Of a stretch of DNA of 64,000 nt, positions 34,067-46,762 are shown one piece after another. The stretch comes from Podarcis bocagei (Eukaryota). The position numbers and the translations under genes were made by a program. The first letter of the stretch is position 1. Every line of letters begins with the position of its first letter. Location: the NCBI GenBank assembly GCA_964188305.1, contig OZ076903.1. One strand, written 5' to 3'. Below the pieces are notes generated by a model that ran no database searches, was not told the DNA's origin, and saw only the letters and a program-made list of their open reading frames with translations.

Positions 34067-34327
34067 CCATATTTTTTGCTCTATAAGACTCACTTTTTCC
34101 CTCCTAAAAAGTAAGGGGAAATGTGTGTGCGTCTTATGGAGCGAATGCAGGCTGCGCAGCTATCCCAGAAGCCAGAACAGCAAGAGGGGTTGCTGCTTTC
34201 ACTGTGCAGTGATCCCTCTTGCTGTTCTGGCTTCTGAGATTCAGCATATTTTTTTTTTCTTGTTTTCCTCCTGCAAAAACTAGGTGCGTCTTGTGGTCTG
34301 GTGCGACTTATAGAGCGAAAAATACGG
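34067..34327. mobile_element. Related 261-bp CC(A/G)TATTTTT MITE in opposite orientation, with an internal hairpin
   Basis: TA flanks; shares subterminal sequence with the 169-bp copies; internal inverted repeat CCAGAACAGCAAGAGG / CCTCTTGCTGTTCTGG. Confidence 0.8.
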
Positions 34328-35400
34328 TAATGCAAAAAATGTGTCTGTTTTTTCCCTTTTTATTTAAACTAGACAACATTTAAACTTGCAGTATTAAGAA
34401 AGTTTGACACATGGGAACCATAAGGACAGGTGGACCCACAAGACCATGGTCAGCTACATATGCATGATATTTTTTTAAGAGCACAAAGAATGCAATAATA
34501 CAACTGATTTTGGGCTGCCACCAAATTTCTCCCCAAGGTAAATTTGAGGAAATGTTGAAGGTTCTGCTCATGCAAAACTCCATAGGAATTTTACAGTTAA
34601 ATCGAAAGGACTGCTGGTGAAAATGAGTGTAATTTCTCCGGGAGTGCTGTAGTAGAGGTGAAATCCAAGGCCAAAATATAGAGAATTGGGAGGATGAAAC
34701 AAACCAGTTGTAGGATGCTCAAATGAAGGTTGATATTTCTCAAAGTGGGGTAGAGAGTGACACAACTCTAACTCATTTCAAATAACCAATGGGTGAAAAT
34801 ATTTGTTTTCTCAGGTATGATTTCTCTTATTTTATACCAAAGTGGTTCATTTCTTAGTCCATAATCTGTGATGTAAGCTACCTTTCCAATTGTAGTTTTA
34901 AGGCAGACCAACCAACCCCAGCCTATAAGATTAATAGCAGATAGATTCCCTTGCAACTTTATTTCCTGCATCTCCATCCCTCTGCATTGTTTTTGCCTTG
35001 AAAAATGACTCTGGTGCACAACAGGCCTGGCCTACAGGGAATCTCGTGGTTGTGTTACATTACCGAACGCTGACTGGCGTAAGTCGCAATCCATCAATGA
35101 TCAAAGAAAGCAAAGGCAAATCAAAGAAATTTCTTGGCAGAGGGTGTTTCAACAAGCATGCTTGCTCCAGAGTCAAAAGAAGATGTTTTAAGATAGTTCC
35201 TTAAGAAGTCTTGCCACCTTTCCTGCCTTAATTTTCCCACATGCTTTTCACACCCATGTGTACAAAGCATGTTAATCAAAAGGCAACGCCCTAGCACAGT
35301 AACAGAGAAATTCTATGGTTTTCATTTGTATAGTTCCTTTAAGATGAAGGGGACTGCAGTTGCACAAATATGAATGTTTAACTGCTTCTAAAGTGTTGAG

Positions 35401-35689
35401 TATAGTTAAAGCTATGGTTTTCCCAGTAGTGATGTATGGAAGTGAGAGCTGGACCATAAAGAAGGCTGATCGCCGAAGAATTGATGCTTTTGAATTCTGG
35501 TGCTGGAGGAGACTCTTGAGAGTCCCATGGACTGCAGGAAGATCAAACCTCTCCATTCTGAAGGAAATCAGCCCTGAGTGCTCACTGGAAGGACAGATCC
35601 TGAAGCTGAGGCTCCAATACTTTGGCCACCTCATGAGAAGAGAAGACTCCCTGGAAAAGACCCTAAACGACTAAACAACAACAACAACA
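35401..35689 (+). mobile_element. BovB (RTE) LINE 3' fragment with an internal deletion
   Basis: IVKAMVFPVVMYGSESWTIKK…YFGHLMRR; (CAA)n tail; 11-bp TSD AAAGTGTTGAG. Confidence 0.92.
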
Positions 35690-35960
35690 AAAGTGTTGAG
35701 CCAATCCCAAATAGCCTTCCCCTCTATATCCCTGCCGGGCAACTGTGCTCCTAAGATGGGACACCATATGCCCTAGAGGTGTGCTCAGTCTGTACTAGAA
35801 ACTGGGCTTTTAGTGTTGCAGCTTCAGCTCTCTGGAATCAATTACCAGCCGAAATCACAGGCACTCAGTGTGAGGAAATTTAGGTGCCTACAGAACACTT
35901 TTTTCTTTTTCTTTTTTGGTAACGCAATTCCCAGCCACTGCAACAGAGTTTACCCTTGAC

Positions 35961-36113
35961 AGGATAACTCAGCTGGTTAGAGCTTGGTGCTGGTAATGCC
36001 ATGGTTGCAGGTTCAATCCCCGTAAGGGACACCTGCATATTTCTGCATTGGCGGCGGGGGGGGGGTGGACTAAATGATCCTCAAGGTCCCTTCCAATTCT
36101 ATGATTCTATGAT
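35961..36113 (+). mobile_element. Squam3-type tRNA-derived SINE with a CR1-like tail
   Basis: A/B-box-like head (TAACTCAGCTGG, GGTTCAATCCC); tail GGTCCCTTCCAATTCTATGATTCTATG. Confidence 0.75.
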
Positions 36114-37448
36114 CTCTGGAAGATCAGTTTTGTATCTGATGAAATTGTACAGAGGTCAAATTTACATGTCTGTTTTTTCCCTCTGACCATGACCGCAGTT
36201 GGCTTGTGCCCCTACCCTGAAGGTTGCCCAGAAAGGAGTATGGCCCACAGACTAATTCCCATCTCCCACCCTGAGAACAGAGGGCTGTCCTTTGACATCA
36301 CTTCAAACTGAGGACTGTTCTCTGTAAAGTAGAACACGTGGCCACCTTAATGACCCTTGGCCAGTATTTTGCAATCTAAACATTTTTCTGATTCATCTGT
36401 TAATTGTAACTGCATGTTAATTGGACCTGTCCTTTTTCTTCTATACAAAGTAAGCCTGCTGACGAGTAGCAACAACAACTTAATGACTCCAGCTCAATCC
36501 CTTGCCTGTCCTGTTAAATAATTTCAGGTAACCAGTCAAATAACTGCCTTTGCCTGAGACTACGGAGAGCCAATACCAGTCAGATCAATGGGTTGCCTCA
36601 GCACCAGGCAAGCTTATCCGTTCAGTAAACAGCAAATTTTTATTTTTTAAAAAATTTTAATCTGAGCAGTTACCCTGGGAGGTTTCTCTGTGAAATGCGA
36701 GTTCTGTTATCTTTGTGGGATTGCCTCAGAGCCTTCACACGGCTCCGCTTTGTTCTAGGAATTACATGATCAGCACGATAGCATTACACTCAAAAGAAAA
36801 TAATGCCCCACCTTTAAAAAATAAAATAATCCTTAATTAAAAACATGATGGATTTCTAAAGTACGCTTCCTGTTAGGAACAGCACGCTGGAAAATAGCAG
36901 GGTTCAGATGGTGCTTTATTTCCACAGACACAAAACTCTATTTTGTTCATGGAGAGTACAGCCTAAAATACATTTTGGTTATGCATCTAGAGGGAACTTT
37001 CACAGAATTGTCCTGTGAAGCTGTTCCCCTCTAGGGAAACTTTCCACAACCGAGGTATCAGAATTCTTCTTCACACAAGGCAGACAACTTGTTCCTTTTG
37101 ATGACGAGAACCACCCTAATAATTTTCTTTTAAAAAAATGAGACTGTGTATGAAAATGTGTTCCATAAAACCAGGCTGTCCAATTCATCAGACCCAGGCT
37201 GCTCTTTGAATCAGAGCAATCTTGCTAGCTCCACGCTGGTAGAACCTTGTAGAAAGACAAGTCATGCATTTGAAATCCATATCTACATGCAAATGAAATA
37301 GATTTGGTGACACCATGAGATAAGAATTAGCTGCAGGTATTGCTATGATGCAATGAAGGGCTGAAGAGAGAGAGTGGGGGCACATTTATACCATACAGCT
37401 AAAACATTCTTATACCACTTTAACAGTCTTTCCCTAAGACTGTAGTCA

Positions 37449-38009
37449 GTTGTTGTTGTTGTTGTTCAGTCATTTAGTCGTGTCCGACTCTTCGTGACCC
37501 CATGGACCAGAGCATGCCAGGCACTCCTGTCTTCCACTGCCTCCCGCAGTTTGGTCAAACTCATGCTGGTAGCTTTGAGAACACTATCCAACCATCTCAT
37601 CCTCTGTTGTCCCCTTCTCCTTGTGCCCTCCATCTTTCCCAACATCAGCGTCTTTTCCAGGATGTATTCTCTTCTCATGAGGTGGCCAAAGTATTGGAGC
37701 CTCAGCTTCACAATCTGTCCTTCCAGTGAGCACTCAGGGCTGATTTCCTTCATAGAATCATAGAATCATAGAGTTGGAAGAGACCACAAGGGCCATCGAG
37801 TCCAACCCCCTGCCAAGCAGGAAACAGAATGGATAGGTTTGATCTTCTTGCAGTCCATGGGACTCTCAAGAGTCTCCTCCAGCACCAAAATTCAAAAGCA
37901 TCAATTCTTCGGCGATCAGCCTTCTTTATGGTCCAGCTCTCACTTCCATACACCACTACTGGGAAAACCATAGCTTTTACTATACGGACCTTTGTTGGCA
38001 AGGTGATGT
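37449..38009 (-). mobile_element. BovB LINE 3' fragment with a CR1/Squam3-type tail inserted (37753-37824)
   Basis: BovB ORF C-terminus (…HGVTKSRTRLND); (CAA)n tail. Confidence 0.92.
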
Positions 38010-38770
38010 GGGAAATCTGAATTCCTCAGAGGTTACTTACAGCCTGTTGTGCCACATAGTAAGACTTCGTAGAGTGGAACAAGAGAAAGAAGGCTGCGCA
38101 GAATTCTTTTTCATGATGGTGGCAGCAGCAGCAGACATAAAAGGGAGAGAGATGTTTCTGGGTGGTGGCAGCAGAGGTAGGGGACATCATCAGGACAGGG
38201 TGGTTTTTGCCACCCGCTTAACCTGCCACCTGGGACACATGCCCCCACTTGCTCCTCACCCTCTTGATCTGGGCCTGCCTCCCCCCAAAAAAACTTCTAC
38301 AGTTCACCCTGGTCTTATTTCAGTCTTTCATTTGTCAATACCCGCTTCTTCTCTTTGTGCTGTAACATTTTAATGAGGAAAGGAAGAGTCTCTAATAAAG
38401 GGAAATTAGTTTCCTAATCTCTGGCTAGTGCCCATGGATAATTGTTTTTAAAATTATAGTGCAAAGCGCGTTCCCACCCTTCATTGCCCTCTTTATTATC
38501 AGCTGCAGGGGGAGAGAGGGAGAAAGGAGAAAGGAGGGAGCGCTAAAGCTTTTTAAATGGTTCATTAATTTCCCATAATCTGTTGTATTTTTTTTTATTT
38601 GCGGGCCCATAATACATTGGCAAAATTGTCATTTTGAGTGATTTTCAGGGAAGCGTTGTATCTGCTTTGCACTTCCACTCATAATATTTTGCTCTTCCTC
38701 TGAATAAATAAGGGGGCAATCCTAAATATGGGAAGACAGTGTAAATGACACCACCTTAAGGGTAAACTAT

Positions 38771-39090
38771 GCGGGTGGCACTGTAGGTTAAACCACAGAG
38801 CCTAGGACTTGCCGATCAGAAGGTCGGCGGTTCGCATCCCTGCAATGGGGTGGGCTCCCATTGGGCAGTCCCTGCTCCTGCCAACCTAGCAGTTCGTAAG
38901 CACGTCAAAGTGCAAGTAGATAAATAGGTACTGCTCTAGCAAGAAGGCATATGGCATTTCCGTGCACTGCTCTGGTTCACCAGAAGCAGCTTAGTCATGC
39001 TGGCCACATGACACGGAGGCTGTACGCCGGTTCCCTCGGCCAATAAAGCGAGATGAGCGCCGCAACCCCAGAGTCGGTCCCTTTACCTTT
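38771..39090 (+). mobile_element. Sauria (Squam1) SINE
   Basis: Matches the other copies; CCTTTACCTTT tail; small deletion at a GGTC microhomology. Confidence 0.9.
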
Positions 39091-39284
39091 AAGAGTAATC
39101 TGGTATAAATTATGCCAGATCCAAACTGAGTGCAGGAGCCCCTGGGAAGCTGACCTAGCCTCAGCTCTGCAGAGAGAAAAGAAACCAAGAAAAAACAGCT
39201 CAGCCGGCATTTCCATAGAAATGAGGTGCACCTGTTCACATGCAGGGGAAAGTTCCTAAAGGCCCTTATCAGGTATCTACAAAC

Positions 39285-39684
39285 TGTGAAGTTGCTCTGA
39301 GAGAGCTTATGGGAAGTGCCTCAAAGTCTCCAATGCATGAATGCAAATAAACAGGGGACAGAGTGAAAAGAATGTGGACTCTTATGAAGCGAGACACCAT
39401 AATTACAACAATAACCTTTATTGAACTAACAGAACTGAACAACAGGGGCAAAGCAACTGCTTATAAACATTTCAGAAGGCCTGGGCCATGCCCACTCTCA
39501 ACATGATTGGTTGTCTAAACTCCCAAGCTGCGAATCATAATTCAGAGTTTAAGGGCCAATGGCAGTAGCCCAAACCCTGAAGTGTTCTGTGATTGGATTT
39601 CATGTATTGATTTAGAACCCAAGGGCTCAGAATCCTTACTTCAGACTCATGCTCAGGCAAACACAGATGACTGAATACGTAACA
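39285..39684 (-). mobile_element. Candidate solo LTR
   Basis: TG…CA ends; on the minus strand, CCAAT boxes, then TATAA (~39461), then AATAAA (~39417); TSD not clean. Confidence 0.4.
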
Positions 39685-40180
39685 CAGAGCGCTTCTGGTG
39701 TCCGTTGCAATGCTCACTGCAGCAGCTAACCGGCCCATGCCACAAGCATCCACACCACACATTCTCTGGCATTTGCACAGCCTCACACAACAATAGCGTG
39801 ACCCAGAAAGTAGGTAAACATATGCATGTGGAGCACATTACCACACCCATGTCACACAACTTGCAAGCTCCCCTAACACAGGCTGGCTGGGCACAACTGA
39901 GCCAAGATGGGGGATCTATGCTGGCATGTCTCCTACTATGCTCAGGTGGGGCCCGCGTTCCACACAACATTGGGAGGATAATGTGTGTGCAATGTCATGC
40001 ACATTGTGAATCACACTGTAAGGCCTGCCACAGCTGTGGAGAGCCCAGTGAGGCCTGCTGCTGCAAGGGCCCAGCCCCTCAAGGTGGGGGTGGGGGCTCA
40101 GTCCCATCCCAGTAGAGTTTTGGTGGGACTGAAGACACCTCAGTCTTGTACAGTTGGTGCCTATGGGTGGGATTCAATTA

Positions 40181-40524
40181 AGGTAAAGGGACCCCTGACC
40201 ATTAGGTCCAGTCGTGACCGACTCTGCGGTTGCAGCGCTCATCTCGCTTTATCGGCCGAGGGAGCTGGCGTACAGCTTCCGGGTCATGTGGCCAGCATGA
40301 CTAAGCCGCTTCTGGTGAACCAGAGCAGTGCACGGAAACAGCGTTTACCTTCCTGCCGGAGTGGTACCTATTTATCTACTTGCACTTTGAGGTGCTTTCG
40401 AACTGCTAGGTTGGCAGGAGCAGGGACCGAGTAACGGGAGCTGACCCCATCGCGGGGATTCAAACTGCTGACCTTCTGATCAGCAAGTCCTCTGTGGTTT
40501 AACCCATAGCGCCACCCACGTCCC
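40181..40524 (-). mobile_element. Sauria SINE
   Basis: Full-length reverse copy. Confidence 0.9.
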
Positions 40525-41180
40525 ACAATTCATTCAATTACATACCAGCAAATTCAGGTTGCACAATTAAAGTTGATTTGATACTCTTGCTCAACAATCC
40601 TTCTTCTCTCCCCAATCAGATTTTTTTGCAAGAAGGAAAGTGGAAGGGAAATGTATCGAAAAGTGTGAGATCGCTGCATGACACAAGGTCATCTCACTTC
40701 CCCACAACCAAATCAGAATCAGTGCACAATAAACAGCATCTGTTGCCTAACCTCCCCACAAACTTTGTGCAAACAAATCAGGATGAATATTCATAAAACA
40801 GGTTGCCTGGAAGTGACCAAGGTTATCCTTCCCATGTTATGATTCACATTGTAGAAATTATTTGCAAGAGCCTTCCTATAAATAAAGCTAGAACCCTCAG
40901 GTGACCTAGTTAATTCCTATCGCTTACAGAATTGATATGCAACCTGAGATGAGCTAAATTTAGTAGTGTTTATGTGGCAGGTTTTCAAAAGAACATCTGG
41001 CATGTGATAAATGTCTGTTTCCTCCTCCTTTTTATGGTGAGCTTGCTTAAAAATAAAATAAAATAAAATCTCCGATGACGCAAGTAGAAGGGCGGAAGTA
41101 GTGCTGATGTGATGTGGAGGTGATGATGAGCTCTCTTTTCTAAAAAGCAACCGTCTTACCTGAAAGCTGCATATTGTCAT

Positions 41181-41531
41181 GGGTGGCGCTGTGGGTTAAA
41201 CCACACAGCCTAGGACTTGCCGATCAGAAGGTCGGTGGTTCGAATACCCGCGACGGGGTGAGCTCCCATTGCTCGGTCCCAGCTCCTGCTCACCTAGCAG
41301 TTCGAAAGCACGTCAAAGTGCAAGTAGATAAATAGGTACCGCTCCGGCGGGAAGGTAAACAGTATTTCCGTGCGCTGCTCTGGTTTCACTAGAAGCGGCT
41401 TAGTCATGCTGGCCACGTGACCCGGAAGCTGTACGCCAGCTCCCTCGGCCAATAAAGTGAGATGAGTGCCGCAACCCCAGAGTCGGCCACGACTGGACCT
41501 AATGGTCAGGGGTCCCTTTACCCTTTACCTT
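41181..41531 (+). mobile_element. Sauria SINE
   Basis: Near full-length copy. Confidence 0.9.
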
Positions 41532-42702
41532 CAACAGTGCTTAGGTAATAGAAGAGCCGGGAGCCAATGAGACACAGTCAGTTTGGACAGACAGCACAAA
41601 TGAATGAGTTTGATTGAACATTTTTATGGCCTTCAAGCAAGGCAACACTTTTCTCTACTTCAAGTATGAAGAACATGGGACCCTTCAGATGCTGTTGGAC
41701 TTCGACAACTTCCATCAGCCCCAACTGGCATGGCCAATTGCTGGAAATGATGGCAGTTGTAACTTAGCGACACCTGGAGGACCACAGATTCCACATCCCT
41801 GCACCAATCCAAAAATGTATAGGTACGGCAATGTGTCCTGTTTTGTTGCCTGATGAGAAACAGGAAGTGCCACCCTGCTCTGCCCTACTGCCCACCCTGC
41901 CTCTGCTGGCATTGCCACCCTGCCATCCACAGCCACTGGTGGAGAAGCGGCTCAGGCATCGGCCACTGATTTCTAGTGCGATCTCACATGAAATCAGCCT
42001 TGATGCTGGTGCCTCTTTGCAGTGGGTGGGAAACCTTGGAGGCTTTTGCTGCCTGAGGCAGCTGCTTCACTCTGTCTCATGGGTAGGCCGGCCCTGTGAA
42101 TAGCTACTAAACATAGCTCCTTGATGTGTACTAATAGCTTGGAGATGTTTCCTCAAGGACTTTTGAGGGCTGGCACACTCATCTGCTCTAGTGGGGGGCT
42201 TTAGCAGGAAGCATTTAACAAGTGGTGCTGTGTGGCACTCCACATGGCATGCCCAAACTTGCCAACATTCCCATCTTGATGATGGTACATGAATGATGGG
42301 GGCACCATCATTAAGATAGGGATGCTGGTGAGCTTGACTCCTGGCTTGGAATTAGTTTTTGCCACCTCCACCATGAGTAGTAGGGGCAGTGGAGAGCCTT
42401 TTTTATATTAAGAATGTGGGTGAAGGCAGGCTCTTGCTAAGCAATGGGGAGGCCCATTATGGGCAGTTTCCCACAGCCAGAGTCAAACCTCCTTGCACAT
42501 ATCTCTGTGGCTGGGTTTGGTCGAGATCATGTATTTGAGATGTGTGTACGATCCCTAGGTTAGGATATAATATTACAGAAATAAGATTTATTGCTGGAAA
42601 TAGATGTGAAGCAGTACTTGCCGCGAACGTATGGATTTCAGAATGAGTCTTGTGGTATCTAAGATTTTGCTGACAAGAAAAGTTATGTTCTGTCAGTTAA
42701 AT

Positions 42703-43090
42703 TGTTGTTGTTGTTTAGTCGTTTAGTCGTGTCGGACCCTACATGACCCCATGGACCAGAGCACGCCAGGCACTCCTGTCTTCCACTGCCTCCCACAGTT
42801 TGGTCAAACTCATGTTTGTAGCTTCGACCACACTGTCCCACCATCTCGTCCTCTGTCCTCCCCTTCTCCTTGTGCCCTCCATCTTTCCCAACATCAGGGT
42901 CTTTTCTAGGGACTCTTCTCATGAGGTGGCCAAAGTACTGGAGGCTCAGCTTCAGGATCTGTCCTTCCAGTGAGCACTCAGGGCTGATTTCCTTAAGAAT
43001 GAAGAGGTTTGATCTTCTTGCAGTCCATGGGACTCTCAAGAGTCTCCTCCAGCACCATAATTCAAAAGCATCAATTCTTCGGCGATCAGC
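42703..43090 (-). mobile_element. BovB LINE 3' fragment
   Basis: BovB C-terminus; (CAA)n tail; TSD CAGTTAAAT. Confidence 0.92.
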
Positions 43091-45864
43091 CAGTTAAATA
43101 TCAGTCAGTTAAATATTGGGACTGAAATACCAGTAAACACCAGATTCCTCCAGACTGCATTCAGCAGCCCCCCAAACCCCTCAGGCTCAGCCCCATACAT
43201 GCTAGAATCTTCCTGGGCTCCGCTTACTCTGACCCCTTGGCCCCACCCAATGGCCTCGCATTTTTGAAATCACAAGTTGGCAACCCCAGTATTATTTGTG
43301 AGTTAAATCAGTTTGCTTGAACCCTGGCACTCGCTCTACTGGACCAATTCTCAGGTGGAAAATAGGTGTCATTTTATTGAACGCAAGGAAGCAGGAGCTG
43401 TTAAAATACTGCTTTTGGTCTGACCTTGTGAGTCGAACAGACTGAGAGCAGGGCATCTGCCAGCATCACACAAAATGTATACACAGGTTCACTGTCAGCT
43501 GATTGAACCATCAAAGCAAAAGGCAGCCGTTTTTATAGCTTCAGCTATAAAATGCTAGGCTGTTAACATCTACAGTAGTGTCTTTTATTATGTTGGGGCA
43601 TAGAGCAAGCCTAATACTCTGCCTACAGGACATATGTCTAGAGAGAGACCAGTAAGTTTGGCTTTCTTTATCTGGCTAGATGACACCAATGCAGCTGGTA
43701 AGCTCCCTCCTGAGTTGGGATGAGGGATCAATTTGGTTTAGCTTGTGCTCCAGTGAGGAACTACCAAGTTCATACTTCTTGAACCAATATGCAAAGCTGA
43801 AACATAGCTGTCCTTTGAAATTTGCACCTCGCTGAATTTTACAACGCACTTGTCCAACCAAACAACACTATAGAAATGCTTACATGAACATGTCCAATAA
43901 TGCGTATATTAGTTTTTGTATGCTTTACATGAAGGGAAATTGCTTGTAAAATGTGCATACGGTATTAGTCTAAACTGCCTGCAAAAATATTTTTATTACA
44001 AGAAATTCACACTAAATTAGTGACAAATTTCCATGAGGATTTCTTACAACAAAAATGAGGAAACTGCTGCAGAAGGTGAACAAGATTTAAGATTAGGAAA
44101 ATGAGAAACTGAAAGAAACCAAAATCAACAGGTCCAACCATCTCTACACCTGAGTCCCAATATTTAAAGATACATGTACAAATTATCAGCAAACTTTAAA
44201 ATAGGCACTTGAGCTCTTTTTAACATGGAAGGAGACTCCCTAGGGGGCCTCAACAGACTTATTTTGTCCTCCCCAGATTTTTGGAAGGATAATTACACCA
44301 ACACACATTTTTATGTTTATCTTTTATATATTTTTTAAGAAACAATATAAAATAGTAGTCAAAGTATATTTTTAATGCGGTTGATTACCTGTGGTCACAA
44401 TAATCTCTGGCATTTTAATTTTTTTGTCTGCCCAACTGCTATGGAGAGCAGCTGCACCACTCATAATTTGCCAGGTTAAAAGGATACAACCCTACTTGGT
44501 GCGATCAAGAACATCCTGCATTTGGGCATAATGCTTAGAGAAGCATTAGGAATGTAATTACGAGGAATCACACTCACACAATGCGCTTCCTTTACAAGGC
44601 ATATTCCATTTCTCAAGCTGTAGCAACAGAAATAAAAGATTAAAGCCAGCTCTTTATTTGTGTTTAGCAGATACCCACAAATGTTGTACTTAGGCCATGT
44701 TTCAGATCTCAGCAAGGAGGACAGAATTTTCGCCAATTTCCTCCTCTGAAGAGCTGGAAGAAATATGCATATTTCTATTTTGTGCTGCCTCATGTTCAGC
44801 GTGCTCAAATTACACATGCAATAAACTAGAGCTACAACCAATGTTCTCATAAAAATGAGCATCGGAATTCTCCTGTGTTAATCTTGATAGTCACTGAATA
44901 CAATACGTGATTTTGATTTCAGTCTAAAATATTTGACAGTATTTGATAAGTAGAGTGCAATGACAGTATATTTCACTGTTGACAGCTATGCAGTGAACTC
45001 CTATGCCTGTTTAAGCAGATGTAAGTCTCACTGAATGCAAGAGGCTTTATTGTTCTGTTATATTACTTATTTTATTTATTTAGCAAAACACATATACCCC
45101 CGTTGTAACAAAACCACAAGAAAGGAACACCAGCATGCCATTGTAAGGCAATGAATTACAGCAGAACCCTAAAGATTTGACCTCCAGTGCTTAGAGTTAT
45201 TTATTTTGCGTGTTCAGACCCAGAAACCTCCCCCTAAATAAATTCACACATGACTCAAATTTTGGTTTTGGTTTCTGGCAGAATTTAGGCCACAACTTTA
45301 TTGATTACAGAAAGTGATTGGTTGTATAGGCTCTGGTTCGATTAGTTCCCTGCCATGCAGGTAGCGCTGACCCAGGGTACCAGCAGAGGTCAGCCAAGGA
45401 TAAGCAGAAAGCCGGGAACGGGCTAACTCCACCACCCAAATGTCCCCCTGGACTCAGGCACGGGCACAACTCCCTCTCAGGGGTTGACCAAACTATCATG
45501 TCCCTGGATTCCTTTAATGGAATACCTTTCACATAGGGATGGCGAGAGCGTTCTCCCATCCCTATCACCGGAACCAGAGCCTATCCACAACCTTACAAGT
45601 TGTGACGATTTGCTATGTGGCAGGCAAAACCCAAATGGCAGCAGGCAGTCAGCCAAGTGGGGAAAATTCCTGCCGTGCCCCTGTCCCAACAACAGATGAC
45701 ACAAGACGGCATAGCAAGGTCAAGCGCAACAAGCTCTAAAAGTAGGGAGAGGTGGGCGGGTGTTCCGAATGCACGGGCCGAAAGAGGAAGCTCTGGGTCA
45801 CGTGCATGGGTATAAAAAGGTCCCTCGAAGCTTTTGGATTGTGTTCCATTGGCCAGATTGCACC

Positions 45865-46146
45865 CAGCCCTGAGTGCTCACTGGAAGGACAGATCCTGAA
45901 GCTGAGGCTCCAATACTTTGGCCACCTCATGAGAAGAGAAGACTCCCTGGAAAAGACCCTGATGCTGGGAAAGATGGAGGGCTCAAGGAGAAGGGGACGA
46001 CAAGATGGTTGGACAGTGTTTTTGAAGCTACAAACATGAGTTTGATCAAACTGCGGGAGGCAGTGGAAGACAGGAGGGCCTGATGTGCTCTGGTCCATGG
46101 GGTCACGAAGAGTCGGACACGACTAAATGACTAAACAACAACAACA
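45865..46146 (+). mobile_element. BovB LINE 3' fragment
   Basis: SPECSLEGQILKLRLQYFGHLMRREDSLEKTLMLGK; (CAA)n tail. Confidence 0.9.
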
Positions 46147-46762
46147 CCAAGGACCTACCAATCGGGTGTTGTGGTTGACCAATTGTACCCACCCACAACA
46201 CAGGGAGTCGGTTTCCAGGTCTCATCCCAATATGCGCCCTCTTTAAGGGAGGACCCGATTTATTAAATAAGAAGACCTGGGAGATCAGAGTTCAAATCCC
46301 CTCTCAACCACGTAGTTCATTGGATGAGCTTGGGTCAGTCACAGTCTTGGTCCAGTGGCCGACTTTGGGCTTTCAAATCTCAGCGGTGCCCTGTGTGACA
46401 TCAAAATTCCCCCCTCCAGCCTCTCACCTTACATTCTTAGTCGTTGTTGTGGTACCCCTTGCAGCGTCCTCTCGATTTGGCGCCCAGTGCAAGCAAACTG
46501 GTCGCATCCCCCTAAATCTGCTTCTGCTCAGACTCAGCTTGCAGGGGTGTTGTGAGGATAAAATGAGGAGGGGGAGAACCATGTGTTCCTCGTTGGGCTC
46601 CCTGGAGAAAAGGTGGGATATAGAATCATCGAGTTGGAAGGGACCCCAAGGGTCATCCAGTCCAACCCCCTGCAATGCAGGAATCTCAACTAAAGCATCC
46701 ACGACGGATTGCCACCCAAACTTCTACTTAAAAACATCCAAGGAAGGAGAGTCCACAATCTC

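Noticed and set aside
35961-36030. tRNA genes (also 57800-57860 and the Sauria heads)
   Set aside because: A/B-box heads run into SINE bodies and tails; there is no intact cloverleaf.
35272-46098. BovB-derived ORFs as host genes
   Set aside because: They are short 3' LINE fragments with tails and TSDs and no complete RT or endonuclease domain.
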